Part shown: positions 29,557 through 39,946 of the stretch, in pieces
Numbering within the stretch: position 1 is the first letter of the stretch
How the letters are laid out: every line of letters starts with the position of its first letter
DNA from: Candidatus Xenobia bacterium
GTDB taxonomy: Bacteria; Vulcanimicrobiota; Xenobia; Xenobiales; QWHO01
Length of the DNA stretch: 64,000 nucleotides
Direction of reading: 5' to 3'
Assembly (NCBI GenBank): GCA_045863235.1
Contig: BTUM01000036.1
Location: 9,711-73,710, forward strand
Position numbers and translations under genes: made by a program
Notes under the pieces: model-generated
What the model was told of the DNA's origin: nothing
Database searches by the model: none
The model's input: only the letters and a program-made list of their open reading frames with translations

Positions 29557-31440
29557 TCAAAGGGACGAATTTGCAGGACGCAGCAGTCCGTGCACCATCT
29601 CGAGGAGCTGGCTCTGATCGAAGCGATGCTTGGCCAGGTAGGCGTCGGCCCCGAGTTTCAGGCCCCGCTGGCGGTCCTCGGGGCGAGCCAGCGAGGTGAG
29701 CAGGATAACCGGAAGCCCGTAAGCTCGCTTCACCTCCTGTAACAGCTCCAGACCGCTCATCCGCGGCATCTGCACGTCCGAGATGACCAGCTGGACGGGC
29801 TCTCGCTGCATGACCTCCAGTGCCTCCAGCCCGTCTCTGGCCTCCAACACCCGGTAGCCCCGGGCTGCCAACACACCGTGAGCCAGGGTGCGGGCGGTGA
29901 GCGAGTCATCCACCACCAGGATGGTGGAGGGAGCGTCCCCCCTCGGCTCCAGCCTGGCCGGGACCAGCTCGGGGGGAGAATCGAGCAGCCAGGCCGGGTT
30001 GAGCACCAGGCAAGCATCCCCGCTGAGGCGGGTGAAGGCACCAAGCAGGTGCGGAGCCGGTGGAAACGGCGACTCGAGGGGGTGCACCACGACCTCCAGA
30101 TGCTGGATCCAATCATCCACCTGCAGGGCCAGACCCGCCAGCAGCAACAGCTTGAGCGGCTCTCGAGGAGCCAGGGGGAACAGGCCCAGCCTGCGAGCCA
30201 GGCTCACCACGGGCACCTCTCCCTGGCTATCCGCCAGCAACAATCGCTCGCCACACGGGCGCAGCTCGCTGGCCCGGGCCACCCGCAGCAGGCGGATAGC
30301 GCGCGAAGGGATGGCCAGCGTCTCTCCGCCGCAGTTGACCAGCAGCACGCTCTGGGCCGCCAGGGCGGTGGGCACGACCAGTTGCAGGCGGGCGCCCACG
30401 CCCGTGGGGAGAAACTCGACGCTGCCCCCCAACTGCTCCACTCTCTGGCGCACCGCCGGTAAACCCATTCCCCGACCGGCCAGCGCGTCGGCCTGGCGAG
30501 CCGTGCTGAAGCCTGGCTCGAAAAGTTGCTCGGGATGAGCGCCCAGTCCGCGCCCGTCGTCCTCTACCAGCACGAGCAGCTGACGCGCCTGCGAGCGCAA
30601 GGTCAGCCGCAATCGGCCCGTCGCGCTCTTCCCTGCACGCACCCTCTCCTCGGGCTCTTCCAGACCATGTCGGATGGCGTTGCGCACCACGTGCAGCAAC
30701 GGCTCGACCAGAGCCTGCAAGAGAGGCGTCTCCACCAGGGTGTCCATGCCTTCAAGCACCAGCTCGACTCTCTTCTGATCGCTTTCAGCCAGCTCTCGCA
30801 CGCTGCTGGCCAGCCATCCCAGCAGGTCACCGGCCGGGGCCAGCAGGGCCTGCTGCGTTTGCTGGTGCACCTCGCGAGCGCGCTCGAGCAAGCTGCTCGA
30901 GAGCTCCTCGAACTGACTGCGCCAGGACACCAGCTCGGGATTGCTGCGAGAGAGAGGGCTCAGCCGCTCGCCCAGGGCTTGCAGCTGAAGGGCCTGCGCC
31001 ACCAACCGGGTGGAGGACTCGAGCAAGCCGCGCAGTTCGTCGGCCGAGACCCGGGCCGCCGAACGCACCGGGGCCGCCGCGGCCGGAACCTCAGCTGAAG
31101 GCACCTGCTCACCGGCCAGTCGAGCGAGCCAGGGCAGGTAGTCGGGCATGGCGCGCTTGCCAAGGAAAGCGGCCACCAGGTCCTCCAGCAGATCCACCAC
31201 CGGGGTCAGGCTGGCCAGGCGGGCGGGGGGCTCATGCTGCAGAACCTCCTCCAACCGGTGGCTCAGCTGCTCGATCGGCTCCAGTCCGATGGCGCGGGCC
31301 GAGCCCTTGAGCGTGTGCAGACTGGTCAGGCAGGCCGGGTCGACTTGCTCCTGGCTCAGAGCCTGACGAACCCGCGCCAGGTGGTCGCGAGACTCCAGGC
31401 TGAAGGCCTCCAGCAACCTGCCTCTCAGCTCTTCTTTCAA
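29557..31440 (-). CDS. cheA: CheA-REC hybrid chemosensory kinase (WspE-like)
   Basis: HTLKGSA (Hpt), HVVRNAIRHG, DDGRG, GRGMGL, CheW domain, C-terminal REC (VDDS, SDVQMP). Confidence 0.9.
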   Translation of the reverse strand: MKEELRGRLLEAFSLESRDHLARVRQALSQEQVDPACLTSLHTLKGSARAIGLEPIEQLSHRLEEVLQHEPPARLASLTPVVDLLEDLVAAFLGKRAMPDYLPWLARLAGEQVPSAEVPAAAAPVRSAARVSADELRGLLESSTRLVAQALQLQALGERLSPLSRSNPELVSWRSQFEELSSSLLERAREVHQQTQQALLAPAGDLLGWLASSVRELAESDQKRVELVLEGMDTLVETPLLQALVEPLLHVVRNAIRHGLEEPEERVRAGKSATGRLRLTLRSQARQLLVLVEDDGRGLGAHPEQLFEPGFSTARQADALAGRGMGLPAVRQRVEQLGGSVEFLPTGVGARLQLVVPTALAAQSVLLVNCGGETLAIPSRAIRLLRVARASELRPCGERLLLADSQGEVPVVSLARRLGLFPLAPREPLKLLLLAGLALQVDDWIQHLEVVVHPLESPFPPAPHLLGAFTRLSGDACLVLNPAWLLDSPPELVPARLEPRGDAPSTILVVDDSLTARTLAHGVLAARGYRVLEARDGLEALEVMQREPVQLVISDVQMPRMSGLELLQEVKRAYGLPVILLTSLARPEDRQRGLKLGADAYLAKHRFDQSQLLEMVHGLLRPANSSL

Positions 31441-31871
31441 GCCACCTCCAGGACCAGCCAGCCCTGCTCGGTGATCCCGCCGACCGCCAGCCCCGGAGGC
31501 AGCTCGACCTCCGGGGCAGGCTTCGTGGGGGCGGATTTGAACTCGAGCGAGATGGACTCGCTGGCGGGCAGGGCCACCCGCCTGGTGCGAAGGAAGAGCA
31601 GCAGGTTGACCGGGCCGGTCCCCAGGCAGAGCACGGGTCGGTAGCCATCGCGATAGGGAGTGAGCCCCAACAGCCAGGGCGGGGCCAGGGGTACCAGAGT
31701 GATGCGACCGGGGGCCACCGCCTCCAACTCGTCCAGAGCCAGCACGAACCTCTGCCCCCCGCTCTGGAAGACGAAGTGGGTAGGCAGCTCGGGGACGGCC
31801 TGCTGGCCCGGATGCCGCTCGGCCAGACGGCGAGCGCGCTCCTTGAGGACGGCCTGGACCGGGTCGGTCAC
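31437..31871 (-). CDS. CheW-like protein (WspD-like)
   Basis: LKERARRLA, ITLVPLAPPWLLGL. Confidence 0.8.
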   Translation of the reverse strand: MTDPVQAVLKERARRLAERHPGQQAVPELPTHFVFQSGGQRFVLALDELEAVAPGRITLVPLAPPWLLGLTPYRDGYRPVLCLGTGPVNLLLFLRTRRVALPASESISLEFKSAPTKPAPEVELPPGLAVGGITEQGWLVLEVA

Positions 31872-32308
31872 AAGTGCTCCCCGGCCCGGCGCCTCAGCTC
31901 GCCTCGTTGCTCATCGTCGAGCAGCCGCCGGCTGGAAACCAGCGGCATACGCTGCGTGGGAGTCACCACGGTGGCCGCCACGGCGGGGTGCGGAGGAGGC
32001 TCGGGAGGCTCGAGCTGCTCGCTGGACACCGCCAACACCTCGCGGGCCCGCTCGATCGAAAGGGCTATCGGCTCGGCGCGCAGCACGATGAGGTGGGTAT
32101 ACAGGGTGCGGCTATCCTCGACTCCCTGGCCCAGAATCCGGTCGGACCGCAGCACGCCGACCGGCTCGCCCTCCAGGCGAAAGAAGCCCTCCAGCCAGGG
32201 GGGCTCGTCTCCCCGGCGGGTCAGAAAAGGTCGCAGCAGGACCTCTCTCACTTCCCTCGCGGGGAGAGCCAGCAGCCGGCCACCGGTCTGGAACAAGAGC
32301 AGTTGCAT
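31868..32308 (-). CDS. CheW-like protein (WspB-like)
   Basis: LLLFQTGGRLLALPAREVREV, PPWLEGFFRLEG. Confidence 0.8.
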   Translation of the reverse strand: MQLLLFQTGGRLLALPAREVREVLLRPFLTRRGDEPPWLEGFFRLEGEPVGVLRSDRILGQGVEDSRTLYTHLIVLRAEPIALSIERAREVLAVSSEQLEPPEPPPHPAVAATVVTPTQRMPLVSSRRLLDDEQRGELRRRAGEHL

Positions 32309-32310
32309 GG

Positions 32311-33945
32311 CTAGCTCTGCGACTCGTGGCGCAGGCGGTAGCGCTCCATGGTCGCCACCAGCGCCTGGCTCAACTCGTGCAACTCGCGAGCCGAAGCCTC
32401 CAGCTTGTGGGTCGATTCGGCCGTCTGGCTACTGGCCTGACGAATGGAGCCCAGCGACAGATTGACCTGCTCGGAGGCCAGCCGCTGCTGGTCGGTCGCC
32501 GCCACGATCTGCTGGAACGCCAGCAGGCTCTCCTGGATGTTGGCCGCCAGTTTCTGGATGGTGGCGTTGACCTGGTCGGTGTAGATCGAGCCCGTCTCGC
32601 CTCGCTTGACGGCCTCTTCGGTCAGAAAGACGGAGGCCTGGATGCCTCGCTCGATGTCTCCGAGCAGCCCGCGCACCTGCACGGTGGCATCCTTGCTCTG
32701 CTCGGCCAGGCTCTTCATCTCGTTGGCCACCACGGCGAAGGTCTTGCCCTCGGTGGAGGCGGCCGCCAGGATCGCGGCATTCAGGGCCAGCACGTTGGAG
32801 CGCTCGGAGAGGTCGTTGACGGTGCTCACGATGTCGCCGATGGCCTGGGTCTTCTCGTTGAGGGCCAGGATCTTGGAGGCCACCACGCGCACCTGCTCGA
32901 GGGTGGAAGCGGTGCTGCGCACGTTCTCCTCCACCGCCTGCAGACCCAGCTCGGAGGCTTTGGAGGTGGCCTCGGCCCGGGCCACCACCTCGCGGGCCAG
33001 GTCGGAGATGCGATTGGCGCTCTCGCCCAGGCTGGCCATGGTGGCCGACGTTTCCTGCACTGCCTCGGATTGCTGGGCCACGTAGCGGGCCTGATCGCCC
33101 GAGGCGGTCAGGATGGTGCGGGTCGCCGCCCCCAGCTTCTCGGCCGCGCCCCGGTTCTGCACCGTGAGCTGGCGCAGGTTCTCGAGCATGTCGTTGAGAC
33201 GTCGGGTCAGCCCGCCCACCTCGTCCTCGGCTCGAATCGGCAGAGGCTGCAGGCTGAGGTCTCCCTTGCCGATCTTGTCGGCCAGCGCGGCGCAGTCGGC
33301 CAGCGGCTCGAGGCGGCGCGACAGGCGCGTGAGGATGATGCTGCCCACCCCCAGGCAGAGCACCAGCCCCACTCCCAGCAGCCAGAGCAGGAAGGTCTGA
33401 GCCTTCTCCATGCTGGCCCGGCGTTGCAGCAGGAGTCCCTGCTCGGTACTTTCCATGCCCACCATCAGCTTCTGGACGGCGTCCATGGCCTCTTTCGGCT
33501 CGCCCATGGACACCAGCAGCTGCACGGCATCGTGCTGACCCTCACGCTGCTGGCTCACCATGCGGGTGCTCAGGGCCAGGCGCTTCTGGATCGACTCGCC
33601 GAGCAGCGCGACCTTCTCGCGCTGCTCGGGGCTGTTGCCCACCTCCATCTCCAGCTCGACGAGAAGCTCCTGGGCCGCCTGTTTCTGGAAGTCGTAGTCT
33701 TCCAGATACTCCTCTCGGCCGGTCATCCAGAACGCATACTCCTGCGACTCGATGCTGCTCATGGCCTGGCGCAGCTCTTTGAGACGCAGCTGCACCTGCA
33801 TCGAGTGCGTGGTCCAGTCAGTGCTCTGTTGCAGCTGGCTGACCACCACCAGGCAGCCGAACACCAGGGCGCTGGTCAAGAGCAAGAGCAAGGTCACTCC
33901 CCAGGTGAGCAGGTCGCGCAGAGAGGCAGTCCGTCGTCTTCTCAT
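32311..33945 (-). CDS. Methyl-accepting chemotaxis protein (TM-CHASE3-TM-HAMP-MA)
   Basis: WTTHSMQV...TGREEYLEDY (CHASE3), DEVGGL (HAMP), SNVLALNAAI, FAVVANEMKSLA. Confidence 0.92.
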   Translation of the reverse strand: MRRRRTASLRDLLTWGVTLLLLLTSALVFGCLVVVSQLQQSTDWTTHSMQVQLRLKELRQAMSSIESQEYAFWMTGREEYLEDYDFQKQAAQELLVELEMEVGNSPEQREKVALLGESIQKRLALSTRMVSQQREGQHDAVQLLVSMGEPKEAMDAVQKLMVGMESTEQGLLLQRRASMEKAQTFLLWLLGVGLVLCLGVGSIILTRLSRRLEPLADCAALADKIGKGDLSLQPLPIRAEDEVGGLTRRLNDMLENLRQLTVQNRGAAEKLGAATRTILTASGDQARYVAQQSEAVQETSATMASLGESANRISDLAREVVARAEATSKASELGLQAVEENVRSTASTLEQVRVVASKILALNEKTQAIGDIVSTVNDLSERSNVLALNAAILAAASTEGKTFAVVANEMKSLAEQSKDATVQVRGLLGDIERGIQASVFLTEEAVKRGETGSIYTDQVNATIQKLAANIQESLLAFQQIVAATDQQRLASEQVNLSLGSIRQASSQTAESTHKLEASARELHELSQALVATMERYRLRHESQS

Positions 33946-35711
33946 GGCTGGTACCTCACGAGCAGGGCGGCCAGCTCCTCGGCTACCAGGGGCTTGGCCA
34001 GAAATGCGTCCATACCGGCACCACGACAACGCTCGCGATCGGAAGGGAGCGCCTGGGCGGTCAGCGCGACGATCGGGCTGCGCCGGCGGCCCTGCTCGCT
34101 CTCGAGGGCACGCAAGCGAGCGGTGGTTTCCACCCCGTCCATGCCCGGCAGGCGCAGATCCATGAAGACCAGGTCGAAGGACTGCTCCTTGAAGCGCCCG
34201 ATGGCCTCCGGGCCATCGCCGGCCAGCACCACCTCACAGCCGTGCTCCTCGAGCATCAATCGCAGCACGGTCTGGTTGACCAGGTTGTCCTCCACGGCCA
34301 GGACGCTCAGGCCCAGGGAGGGAGCGAGGGGAGCCTTCGCGGCCGGCTCATCGGCCTGCAGGGCTTTGACCAGACTGGCGGTGGTGAGAGGGCGAGGCCA
34401 GCTCACGTCCAGCACACGCCCCGGCAGCTCACGCTCGGGCAGCCCCTCCACCAGCCACAGGTCAGGCGCGAGCTGCACCCCTTCCTCCACCGAAGCCACC
34501 AGCACTGGCTGAAAGCCGGCCTGGCGGGCCCCGGCCAGCAACACCTCGCGCAGGTAGGGATTGGCCAGCACGGCTGCCCTCCCGCGGGGTGCTGGCGCGA
34601 ACTCGTCGGCCGGCTCCACCACTTCGAGCGGCAGGCTCACGACCGCGCAGGTGCCCTGGCCCGGGGTGCTGGCCAGCTCGATGCTGCCCCCCATCAACCC
34701 CAGCAGCCGCCGGCAGATGGACAGGCCCAGGCCGGTCCCTCCGGCCCGAGGATCGGCCTGCCGGAAAGGCTCGAAGAGTCGAGGGATCAGCCCCGGATCG
34801 ACGCCGCAGCCGGTATCCTCCACGCTGAGCCGCAAGTGGTCGCTCCACTCGGCCCGGATCGTGACGGCGCCCCGCTCGGTGTATTTGACCGCATTGGAGA
34901 TCAGGTTGATCAGCACCTGGCGCAAGCGGGCCCGATCTCCCCGCACTCGCCGGGGCAGATTGGCGGCCAGCACGGCGACCAGGGCGACCTCGCCCATCCG
35001 GGCCACGAAGGGGGCCATGGACTCGGACACCAGCTCCTCCAGGCTGAGCTCTGCCTCGACCAGGTCGAGCTTGCCGGCTTCGATCCTGGAGAAGTCCAGG
35101 ATGTCGTTGAGCAGCACCAGCAAATTCTCGGCGCTCTGGTGGATCAGCTCGGCATACTCGCGCTGCTGAGGCGAGCTCTCGGGCAACCCTCGCAGGATGC
35201 GCGACAGCCCCAGAACACCGTTCATCGGGGTCCGAATCTCGTGGCTGACGCTGGCCAGGAAGTCGCTCTTGGCCTGGCTGGCCTGCCGGGCCACCTCGGC
35301 CTCGCGAGCCAGAGTCTCCTCCAGGGAAGCGATGCGCTGGGCCACCTTGAGGTGGGCCTTCAGCTCGGAGAGGTCGTAGGATTTGGCCAGGAAGGCGTCG
35401 GCCCCGGCCTCCAGAGCCTCGAGCAGGTCTTCGCGCTCGGAGCGAGCGGTCAATATGATGATGTGGAGGTAGGGGGCTCGCTCGAGCCTGCGCACCATGC
35501 GGCACAGCTCCAGGCCGTCGATGTCGGGCATGACCCAGTCGGTAATCATCAGCTGCAGCGCGGGATCGGTGCCCAGACAGGCCAGCGCCTCAATGGCCGA
35601 AGCGGCGGTGGCGACCTCGTGCCCCCAGCCGCGCAGAGTCTCCTCGAGCAAGATGCGACTCGAGCTCTCGTCATCCACGACCAGTATCTTCACAAGAGTA
35701 CTATCCGCCAC
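33942..35711 (-). CDS. Cytoplasmic hybrid histidine kinase REC-HisKA-HATPase-REC (start 35711 or 35693)
   Basis: VVDDE..DWVMP; SHEIRTPMNG; NLISNAVKYT; DTGCG; GTGLGL; EDNLVN..MDLRLP. Confidence 0.92.
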   Translation of the reverse strand: MADSTLVKILVVDDESSSRILLEETLRGWGHEVATAASAIEALACLGTDPALQLMITDWVMPDIDGLELCRMVRRLERAPYLHIIILTARSEREDLLEALEAGADAFLAKSYDLSELKAHLKVAQRIASLEETLAREAEVARQASQAKSDFLASVSHEIRTPMNGVLGLSRILRGLPESSPQQREYAELIHQSAENLLVLLNDILDFSRIEAGKLDLVEAELSLEELVSESMAPFVARMGEVALVAVLAANLPRRVRGDRARLRQVLINLISNAVKYTERGAVTIRAEWSDHLRLSVEDTGCGVDPGLIPRLFEPFRQADPRAGGTGLGLSICRRLLGLMGGSIELASTPGQGTCAVVSLPLEVVEPADEFAPAPRGRAAVLANPYLREVLLAGARQAGFQPVLVASVEEGVQLAPDLWLVEGLPERELPGRVLDVSWPRPLTTASLVKALQADEPAAKAPLAPSLGLSVLAVEDNLVNQTVLRLMLEEHGCEVVLAGDGPEAIGRFKEQSFDLVFMDLRLPGMDGVETTARLRALESEQGRRRSPIVALTAQALPSDRERCRGAGMDAFLAKPLVAEELAALLVRYQP

Positions 35712-35898
35712 GGGGGACAAGCTTCCTTTTCCCTCAAGCCTGGCGACAATTGTCAGCCAGGGGAAGATGCGACGGGATGGAGCGCGGGCATCCTGAAGGA
35801 TACCGGTCTGCAATACGCCCACCGTGAGTACGCGCGTTGGTGGTGGCCAGCCTCGACCGAGCTTATGATGAGGCCAGCAACCCCGGGAGGACGAACCG

Positions 35899-36135
35899 AT
35901 GCAAACCCTCAAGAGGACCCTCAATGGATTGATGCTGGTCTTGCTGACCTGGCTGCCCACCAGCGCCAGCGTTACCCCCGATGTCGCCGGCCTGCGGCCT
36001 TTCAGCCCGGAGGCCAACTACATGTCCCAGGCAGGCTACCTGCGCTATCTGGTCTACGAGCAGCAGGGCGTCTGGCTGAGCCGGGGCGAGGCTGTCGCCC
36101 TGGTGGATCAGCAGATCGAGGCCGCCTCTCGCTGA
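35899..36135 (+). CDS. Small secreted hypothetical protein
   Basis: GGAGG SD, signal-peptide-like N-terminus, 78 aa. Confidence 0.65.
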   Translation: MQTLKRTLNGLMLVLLTWLPTSASVTPDVAGLRPFSPEANYMSQAGYLRYLVYEQQGVWLSRGEAVALVDQQIEAASR

Positions 36136-36199
36136 GCCCCGTCACGCACGTGGGCTGGGCTTCGACTCTTGTGCCGTGTCGAGAGCCCGGAGACGGACC

Positions 36200-37444
36200 T
36201 CAGCGGGTGGCGCACTCCAGCGCCACCCGCAACTGCTCGTCAGCCGGCCCGCCCACAGACTCGGGAGGAGTCTGAACGGGCAGGTCCGGGTCGAGCCCGC
36301 GTCCTTCGATACTGCGGCCGGAGGGAGTGCGGTAGTGAGCCGTGGTCAGCTTGAAGGCCGACCCGTCCGGCAAGACCAGAATCCGTTGCACGGCCCCCTT
36401 CCCAAAGGTCTTTTGTCCCACCAGCACGGCGCCGGCTCCCTCGCGCAGCGCGCCGGCAACCAGCTCGGCGGCACTGGCCGAGTTCTCGTTGATCAGCACC
36501 ACCACCCGACCGGAGAAGCGAAGCCCCGTCGGGGCAGCACGTAGCCGCTCGACTCCAGCCCGACGGTGCACCGAGGCGATCTCCTGGCCAGGCTCGAGAA
36601 AGAGCGAGCTCAGACGCACGGCGGCACTGACCTGTCCCCCGCCGTTGTTGCGCAGGTCAAGCAGGCAGGCCTCGGCCCCCAGCTCCTCCAGCGCCCTGGA
36701 CACCGCGTCCGGGGTGGTGGCGGCGAAGGTACCCACCTGGATGAAGGCCACGCGCCGACCTCGCAGCTCAAATAGACGCGAGTAGACCAGATCCGAGTCG
36801 ATCGCCCGGCACTCCACCCGGACCGCCAGCAGCGCGTCCTGACGTCGCAGGCCCAGGCGGAGCGTGCTACCGGAGGGGGCCTGCAGGCTTGCGCGCACCT
36901 CACTCTCGCTGAGACCCTGGACGCTCTGAGCATCGATGCTGACGAGCTCGTCCCCCCCCAGCACGCCGGCGCGAGCTGCCGGCGTGTCCGGTAGGGGCTG
37001 GCAGGCCAGCATCGCTCCGTCTTCCCCCTGGCGAAAGACGATCAGGCCGATCCCGGCGTGGCTCGATGCATAGGTGCGCTGCCGCAAGCCGGCATAGGCC
37101 TCGGGCGAGAGCAAGGCCGCCCACGGGTCGTTCAGCCGGGCCAGCATGCCCTGGACGGCCAGGTGCTCCACCCTGTCCCAGGGCAACCTGTCGCCAGTCA
37201 GAGCGAGGAGGCGAGCTTCAAGCCCGCCCCGGGAGGGCTGGGTTACTTCTCGGCCCACGGTCTGCCGAAGGCAGTCAAAAGCTCCCGCGACCAGACCCGA
37301 GTCGCTGACGTCAACCAGCGCGTGCTGGTGAATCAGGGCCAGCAACTGACGCATGCGGGACGCCACGTCGGCTTCGGAGACGGGGCGGGCCCAGACGGGC
37401 GTCGCCAGGACCAAGATGAAGAGAAGAGAAACCAGACGCCTCAT
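36200..37444 (-). CDS. S41 carboxy-terminal processing protease (CtpA-like)
   Basis: Signal peptide, PDZ (GIGL), DLRNNGGG, SASAAE, TFGKG. Confidence 0.92.
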   Translation of the reverse strand: MRRLVSLLFILVLATPVWARPVSEADVASRMRQLLALIHQHALVDVSDSGLVAGAFDCLRQTVGREVTQPSRGGLEARLLALTGDRLPWDRVEHLAVQGMLARLNDPWAALLSPEAYAGLRQRTYASSHAGIGLIVFRQGEDGAMLACQPLPDTPAARAGVLGGDELVSIDAQSVQGLSESEVRASLQAPSGSTLRLGLRRQDALLAVRVECRAIDSDLVYSRLFELRGRRVAFIQVGTFAATTPDAVSRALEELGAEACLLDLRNNGGGQVSAAVRLSSLFLEPGQEIASVHRRAGVERLRAAPTGLRFSGRVVVLINENSASAAELVAGALREGAGAVLVGQKTFGKGAVQRILVLPDGSAFKLTTAHYRTPSGRSIEGRGLDPDLPVQTPPESVGGPADEQLRVALECATR

Positions 37445-37517
37445 TGGAACAGGAATTCCCGGCCCCGTGGGCGGCTCCTTTCAGTGCTCGCAGCTTGTGG
37501 TCTCAAAGGGCGGTAGC

Positions 37518-38288
37518 TCAGGGAGACTGCTGGACGTAGCTCTCGAAGATGAAGGCCTCGATCTGCTTGAGTGTCATTGGCTCTTGCTCGTCCGGGTCGG
37601 GCGTGATCGAGGTTGAAGCTGAGCCAGCTTCGTCTGCCCAGGAAAGAAAGACGATGTTGGTCGCCTTCGTGCCCGTCAACAAACCGCAGGGTAGCTCACC
37701 CCGGGCCAGCCTCTGGCGGATCTGGCCGGTCAGGCTGTCGACGTCGGAGTCGGCAGTCAGGGTCCAGCCTCTCAAGGACCGGTTCTTGAAGCGCACCAGC
37801 AAGGTCCCGAAAGTGCCGTCGATCATCGTGATCCCCGTGGGTTGATAGCCCTGCTCGACCCAGGGGTCGATGACCTTCTTGATCTCCGCTGCGCTGGGAG
37901 GGCACACTACCCAGGCCCAGCCCTCGGGAACTGCCTCCAGCGCAAGAAAGAGAACGAACAGCCGATTCCCATTGTAGGAGAGGTCGATCGGGGTGAAGCC
38001 CTCGTTGATGCCGTCGGTCAGGGCCTTCTTGAAGAGCTCGAAGTCATCGTAGCTGCTCATCCTCCACGATCTGGCCCCCAGGCGGGAGTTGTGCAGCGAC
38101 AGGACGGTCATGGTCTTGCCATCCGACTCGATCCCCACCGGCACCAGGCCCTGCTCGTCGTTTTTACGCCGGAAGGCGCGACCCATCTCCTCGGTGTCCA
38201 GCGGGTAGCGGTCGAGCGACCAGAGCATCTCTTCAGCGCCGGCGCTCAAAGTGGCCAGGGCGAGCAGAAACAGGACCATTCGCACCAT
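37518..38288 (-). CDS. Secreted protein with four ~48-aa tandem repeats
   Basis: Signal peptide; repeats W...G(L/F/Y/E)xPx(G/D)(I/L). Confidence 0.65.
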   Translation of the reverse strand: MVRMVLFLLALATLSAGAEEMLWSLDRYPLDTEEMGRAFRRKNDEQGLVPVGIESDGKTMTVLSLHNSRLGARSWRMSSYDDFELFKKALTDGINEGFTPIDLSYNGNRLFVLFLALEAVPEGWAWVVCPPSAAEIKKVIDPWVEQGYQPTGITMIDGTFGTLLVRFKNRSLRGWTLTADSDVDSLTGQIRQRLARGELPCGLLTGTKATNIVFLSWADEAGSASTSITPDPDEQEPMTLKQIEAFIFESYVQQSP

Positions 38289-38370
38289 GAGAGGATGATA
38301 GCCCGGGCTCCCCCGGCCAGAAATGACCGAGATCATCGCGGTTGAACCGGGGGAGCGATAGAGTCGAGCC

Positions 38371-39906
38371 ATGCGATCCGGGGTGGCCTGCGTCTTGATG
38401 CTCCTCCTCGTCGCCTGGCTTCCCGCCCGGGGACAGGCCGGCGAGACGCGCGAGGTGCGCTTTGAGATCACCGACCAGGAAGGCTCCGACACCTATCAAT
38501 ACAATCTTCGATTCACCTTTCCGATCCGAGGCGGCCCGATCCGCGGCGAGGGGCGCATCGAGCGGAGGTTCATCGACCATGGCAGGCCGCTCGTCCAGGT
38601 CTACACCGGCACGATCACAGGGGAGTATCGGGCCGGCACCAACCGGAGCGGCGAGCGCCGATATCGCCCCGAGGAGGGCGGCCGGTTCGTCCTGACTTTG
38701 CACGGCCAGGAGGTCACTCCCCCATGCTCTTTCTACCCCGAGGGGCGCACCGCCGAGCAGTGGCGTGAATACAGTGGCGTGCTGGACGCCTCGGGCAAGG
38801 GCACCTTCGGCGACCGGCGGCTGCCTTTCACGTTTCACCCCTTCGGGGGCGCCTGCGGCTGCAAGCTCAACCTCACCGTATACGGGGTCGCGGTGCGCGA
38901 GAAGCTCATGGACAGACTGCTCGAGCGCACCTCCCAGGAGCTCTACACCCGGTTCGTGGCGGGCAGCGAGGCGATCGCCGGCAGCCTGCTCCAGAAGGCC
39001 CAGACGGCGCGCGCCCTGAAGCGGCTCAAGCAGTACAAGCTGGCGGGGCTGACCGACCCGCTCCCCAAACGTCCGCCCCGAGATTTTCTGGACAAGCTTC
39101 AGAAGGGCTTTGAGAACTCCAGACTGCGCAAGCCCTCGCCCGCCTGTGCCATGCTTTCGAAGCTGGCCTCCAACCTGGACCTCTCCCTGAAGTTGTTAGA
39201 GGCGGCCGAAGCGGCGTCCGCCGGCGACTTCTCCTCGGCCGCGGGCGCGGCGGCGGTGGCCGCTGTCGGTCAGTACAGCAACCTGGCGGCCCTCACCCTG
39301 GCCCTGGCGGGGGCCGCCAAGGCCGATTGGGATGCCTACGCCCAGCGAGTACACGAAAAGTTCTTTCGAATCTGGTATGTCAAGCTCTACTATCAAGGCG
39401 GTCGGCCTTCGGACGCGCGCTGGCAGGCCGGCGAGAAGGCCCGCCTGCAGGCCTTCATGCACGATGCCATCGAGTACCTGCAAACCGGGGGAGCGCAAGC
39501 CGCCCAGTTGAGAAGAGTTCTGAAGGACTTTGCCTACTACAACCTGCCAACGGACGGTTGGGCGTATTTTGGGCTCGGCCCCAAAGCCCTGACCGACCAG
39601 GACCTTCAGGTCAGCGAGGAGGGAAAGCTGACCAGCCGCTACGCAGGCGTGGTCCTGTCAGCGCTCTTTCACGCCTACGAGGAGACCTATCGCAAGGACC
39701 TGGACGCCGAGCTTCTTCGCCAGCTGGCTATCGAGCAGATGAAGGCCCAGCGAAAGCTGATTGTGCAGACGAACGTTGCCCTGGAGGCGGCCACCCAGGG
39801 CAACTTTGCCAAAGCCTGGCCTCACGGCGAGCAGTGCTGGCGCTTGCGGGGCATCTTCGAGGAAATTCTGGCCGATTTCAAGCAGCGGGGGCTGTTGCAG
39901 CCCTGA
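38371..39906 (+). CDS. Secreted hypothetical protein, 511 aa
   Basis: Signal peptide, beta-rich N-terminal domain, helical C-terminal domain; codon usage typical. Confidence 0.7.
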   Translation: MRSGVACVLMLLLVAWLPARGQAGETREVRFEITDQEGSDTYQYNLRFTFPIRGGPIRGEGRIERRFIDHGRPLVQVYTGTITGEYRAGTNRSGERRYRPEEGGRFVLTLHGQEVTPPCSFYPEGRTAEQWREYSGVLDASGKGTFGDRRLPFTFHPFGGACGCKLNLTVYGVAVREKLMDRLLERTSQELYTRFVAGSEAIAGSLLQKAQTARALKRLKQYKLAGLTDPLPKRPPRDFLDKLQKGFENSRLRKPSPACAMLSKLASNLDLSLKLLEAAEAASAGDFSSAAGAAAVAAVGQYSNLAALTLALAGAAKADWDAYAQRVHEKFFRIWYVKLYYQGGRPSDARWQAGEKARLQAFMHDAIEYLQTGGAQAAQLRRVLKDFAYYNLPTDGWAYFGLGPKALTDQDLQVSEEGKLTSRYAGVVLSALFHAYEETYRKDLDAELLRQLAIEQMKAQRKLIVQTNVALEAATQGNFAKAWPHGEQCWRLRGIFEEILADFKQRGLLQP

Positions 39907-39946
39907 CAGCCACAGTAAGGCGCCGCGCGCTGGTGAACAGGCCAGG

